A DNA stretch of 62,807 bases, filler included, from Perkinsus chesapeaki ATCC PRA-425 (Eukaryota > Protista > Perkinsozoa): the NCBI GenBank assembly GCA_013115145.1. It is 9 parts of 9 records of this genome, joined end to end, with 100 filler letters (N's around TTAATTAATTAA, not from the genome) between each part and the next. Parts side by side here need not be neighbours in the genome. Positions count along the whole stretch, not along the records: positions 55,537 to 62,807 come from JAAPAO010001037.1; 8 more parts are not named here. One strand, 5' to 3'. The notes beneath the pieces are model-generated. The model made no database searches. It was not told the origin of the DNA and saw nothing but the letters and a program-made list of their open reading frames with translations. Numbering within the stretch: position 1 is the first letter of the stretch; every line of letters begins with the position of its first letter. This document shows, piece after piece, positions 59,401 through 62,807 of this stretch. Position numbers and translations under genes: made by a program.

Positions 59401-60900
59401 TTGGATCATTTCGTGGACTTAGAATTCATGATGCTGCATTGTTACGTAGATTGACTATGTGGTATACATGGTATATTAATAAAGAATTATTTATTGATAA
59501 TAATAATAATAATATTCCTATTGAATATAGTAAACATATAGCATCATTTGCATCATCGTTGACTGATTTGGGATTCTATTCTATGGAATTAATACAATTA
59601 GTAGAATTAGCCTTACCACCACCACCATCAACAACAACATCAACAACAGCAAAGAGAGCTGCTGCTGCTGATGATGATGATGAAAATAGTTGTTATTATT
59701 CTGCTTACTACCCTTCAAGGTGGTGATAACGATATTATTATTGAAGGAGGTTGTTATATTGGTATTTTTAGGTTATTAGTTAAATTATTGAATATACTTT
59801 GCAGACAAAGACATTTAAACTCATCTAAATTTGAATCAGCGATTAATAGATTAATTAATAATAATAATGATAATTATTATATGATGACAACTGATGATTG
59901 GATTAAAGCTTTCGAGGTAATAATAATATTGTGAATTATTATTATCATTAAATATATTTATTAGATTCATCTTTGTGCAACAATAGAAGGTCCACCTTAT
60001 ATCAGAAATTATATAACACAAAATGATAGTGTCAGAGCATTCTTTGCTGACAATACATCTTTTATTTGGTAGTAATAATAATACTACTAATCATTACTAT
60101 TATTATTATTAGGTATACATTACAAGAAAGAGAAAGAAGTAACTTTTTACATTCTGATATATGTATTGAGATCAATGATGCTGTTAAACATCTAGGATGG
60201 CCATTATATATGGGAAATGAATTAGCAGAAGTATATTATATTGAAATGATGACAATACCTACTAAACCCCAACAACAACAACAACAACAACAACAGCAAG
60301 AAGAAGATGATGAGGATAATGTGAATAATGATAAAGAAACAACGTCATCATCATCATCATCAAGATCATCATGGTATAATAGTTGTCTAATGGATAAATC
60401 AGTAAATGGTAGTGGTGGCAGCAGTGGTAAACGTAATAATAGTATATTGTATTATTAATAATACAATTATAACTGAATAATAATAATAATAGGTACAGCA
60501 ATAGTATGCATTAAAGAAGAAGATGAATTAAGATGGTATAATCCAATAACATCATATAAAGATAATAATAATAATATTGATAATAATATACGTTTAGGTA
60601 GTAGTAATAATTATATTAATAATTATTGGAGTATTCTATTAATCAGGTAATACAAGAATAATGATTGGTAGTTCATTAACTAAAATACGTCATTTACATA
60701 GTCTTGGATGGAAAGTAATATTATTACTTATTATTAATTACTATATTACTACTAACATTATTAGGTTATACCAATATGGGTATCAGAATGGTCACAATTA
60801 AATAATATAAACGAAAGATGTGACTATTTAACAAATAGGGCAAAGGAAGCTTATGCAGTTGGACCAGCATCAGCATCAGCATCAGCAGCTTTTGATGATA
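56450..60900 (+). CDS. Large AT-rich, heavily spliced hypothetical gene (possibly more than one gene)
   Basis: A series of plus-strand exon-like ORFs (57386, 57622, 57879, 58866, 59439, 59671, 60066) bounded by GT/AG, with Leu/Ile-rich helical segments. No family recognised. Confidence 0.45.
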
Positions 60901-61202
60901 ATGTACCGTCAATTCTTATAGTAATATCGTTTTTATTCATGTTTTAGGCTACATTTAATAACATCCATAATGATGATGATGATTAAGAAGAATTATAAAA
61001 GTTGTAGTCGTATTGGTCGTACATGTTTCCGACGCAACAAGAATCGTTCATGTTTCCGTAACAAGAGCAGTATTTAATATTATTGAGTTATTTATAGTGA
61101 AGAAGGTGCAGGATGATGATGATGATATACTTTCATCATATAACTAATCAATTACTACCACTTGAACTCATAATTAAACAACAACGACAATAATAATACC
61201 AA

Positions 61203-61500
61203 CAATAATAACAATGATAATGAACAATAATAATAACAATGATAATGAACAATAATAATAACAATGATAATGAACAATAATAATAACAATGANNNNNNNN
61301 NNNNNNNNNNNNNNNNNNNNNNNNNNNNNNNNNNNNNNNNNNNNNNNNNNNNNNNNNNNNNNNNNNNNNNNNNNNNNNNNNNNNNNNNNNNNTGAACAAT
61401 AATAATAACAATGATAATGAACAATAATAATAACAATGATAATGAACAATAATAATAACAATGATTATGAACAATAATAATAACAATGATTATGAACAAT
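61203..61500. repeat. 25-bp minisatellite ACAATGATAATGAACAATAATAATA spanning an N gap
   Basis: Exact 25-nt period on both sides of the gap; the last two units carry GATTATG. Confidence 0.92.
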
Positions 61501-62052
61501 GACTTATTCTCGAATAATACACTGGCCTTATGAAACATATATCACAATAATAATACTGCACACGACAGAACCTTTGCGAGCTGATCCTCAATAAGCACAA
61601 CAACAAGACGAGTGAGGCTTTATCATAAACGAAACTTTGAGGCTATATTAGACTTAGCGTTGTCATAACCGTGTGTGAAGGGGAGACTCAAGCTCTCATC
61701 ATATACAGCTAAGATATGTGGAAAGAACCGACTAATGCTAAAATTATGTGGAGGGGTGTATATTGTCCGACAACAATCATCTTGTCGTCTCAAATACAAA
61801 TGTACAATCTACCTCGCACAGGATTGTGTGGCAACATAAATACACAGACGAGGAACTGACTCCCGCTCAAACCATACCTTCAAGCACCCCCAAGTGCTCT
61901 CTAATACATAATATTATTGTCATGATGAATTATAATTAAATTGACGTACGAATGGTATGATTGTATAATAACCCACAGTCATTCGTACACGATATTCAAC
62001 AACAAGTCATCTCTTCGAAGGTATTAGTCAGACTTTGTATAATCATTACAGC

Positions 62053-62087
62053 ATGGAGCAGATGGAGCAGATGGAGCAGATGGAGCA
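62053..62087. repeat. (ATGGAGCAG)x4
   Basis: Read directly. Confidence 0.9.
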
Positions 62088-62347
62088 CAGAGCTTTTACC
62101 CTTTTGTAGTATACTTGACTATGATGCAGTGGTACGCGTTAAAACTCGATCACTGCTATCCAATTCTGGCGAATCCGCCATCAAAATATGTTAAATACAT
62201 ACTGGACCGCTGTTACACGTGCCTCTTAGGTATGGGGTGGCGGTGGCGTGGACACGTCAGCAATATTGGAGGAGCGATCACCATACTGGATTGTGAGAGG
62301 CTTATACATTACTTTGGATAGGCTTATATATGATGATATCTCAGAGG

Positions 62348-62807
62348 ATGACATATGTCATATCGGATATGCTTACTCAACTGAAGAGTATAATAAAGAA
62401 TAATGATATACGTGATAAACGCTGGCAACTTATGCTTATAACGGTTGGTGCGGTAGTAGCCGGAGTAACTATACCGAAGATGATGAAAAAGCCTTTTAGA
62501 AATCAGCAGTCATCATCAACATCATCTTCATTGATACTACCCGGACCAAGTGTAAGCAACAGTGTTATTGTTGTAGGGTACTTGGGTAACATGATATTAT
62601 CTACAGATGTTGTCCCTTATTCCTTTGATATTTAAAAGTGCGGAGGAGAGGGTGGCTTTTATTGTTGATTGTGCTGAAAGATATGGCGAGGCATTCTATC
62701 TCAGGTAATTATGTTATTATCTTAACATGTTTATATCATCAACCGAGAGAACGAGTTGATAATCAATGAGGACAGAAATGACAACAACGAAGCTGGAAGC
62801 AACACTG
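62348..62807 (+). CDS. Probable cytochrome P450, 5' part only
   Basis: TM anchor WQLMLITVGAVVAGVTI, basic linker, LPGP hinge, |GYLGNM..|CAERYGEAFYLR, which is the usual microsomal P450 N-terminal layout. No heme motif lies within the window. Confidence 0.5.

Overview
Eukaryotic DNA, most likely a Perkinsus-like alveolate parasite. This is inferred from the short (about 45-55 nt) GT/GC-AG introns, the secreted subtilisin and Cys-rich mucin families and the gag-pol elements; the species cannot be determined. The window is not one locus. Eight 100-nt spacers (N44-TTAATTAATTAA-N44) join nine separate pieces: 1-12047, 12148-24416, 24517-42668, 42769-43930, 44031-47286, 47387-51685, 51786-53421, 53522-55436 and 55537-62807. 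Recognisable genes, mostly spliced by hand: PIF1 helicase, a two-finger C2HC zinc-finger protein, PCF11, a MAPEG protein, fructose-1,6-bisphosphatase, a subtilisin, four members of a ~130-aa secreted family (one with a premature stop), a Trl1-like ligase-kinase-2H tRNA ligase, a Cys-rich mucin, an SdhC b558-like fragment and a probable P450 5' end. Mobile DNA comprises a decayed and partly inverted RNase-H non-LTR element, two BEL/Pao-like LTR retrotransposon fragments and a motif-array element. The most striking unexplained structure is a recurring 22-bp non-coding signature, b1-b7 / b8' / b7'-b2' / b1' / b2-b8 (prime = complement). It is two overlapping palindromes with 1-nt centres exactly 7 nt apart. 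I found 12 perfect and about 8 single-mismatch copies by eye, often nested in hotspots. The geometry is exactly what hairpin-mediated excision of an 8-bp-TSD (hAT-type) transposon would leave if both hairpins were opened and joined through their complementary overhangs.
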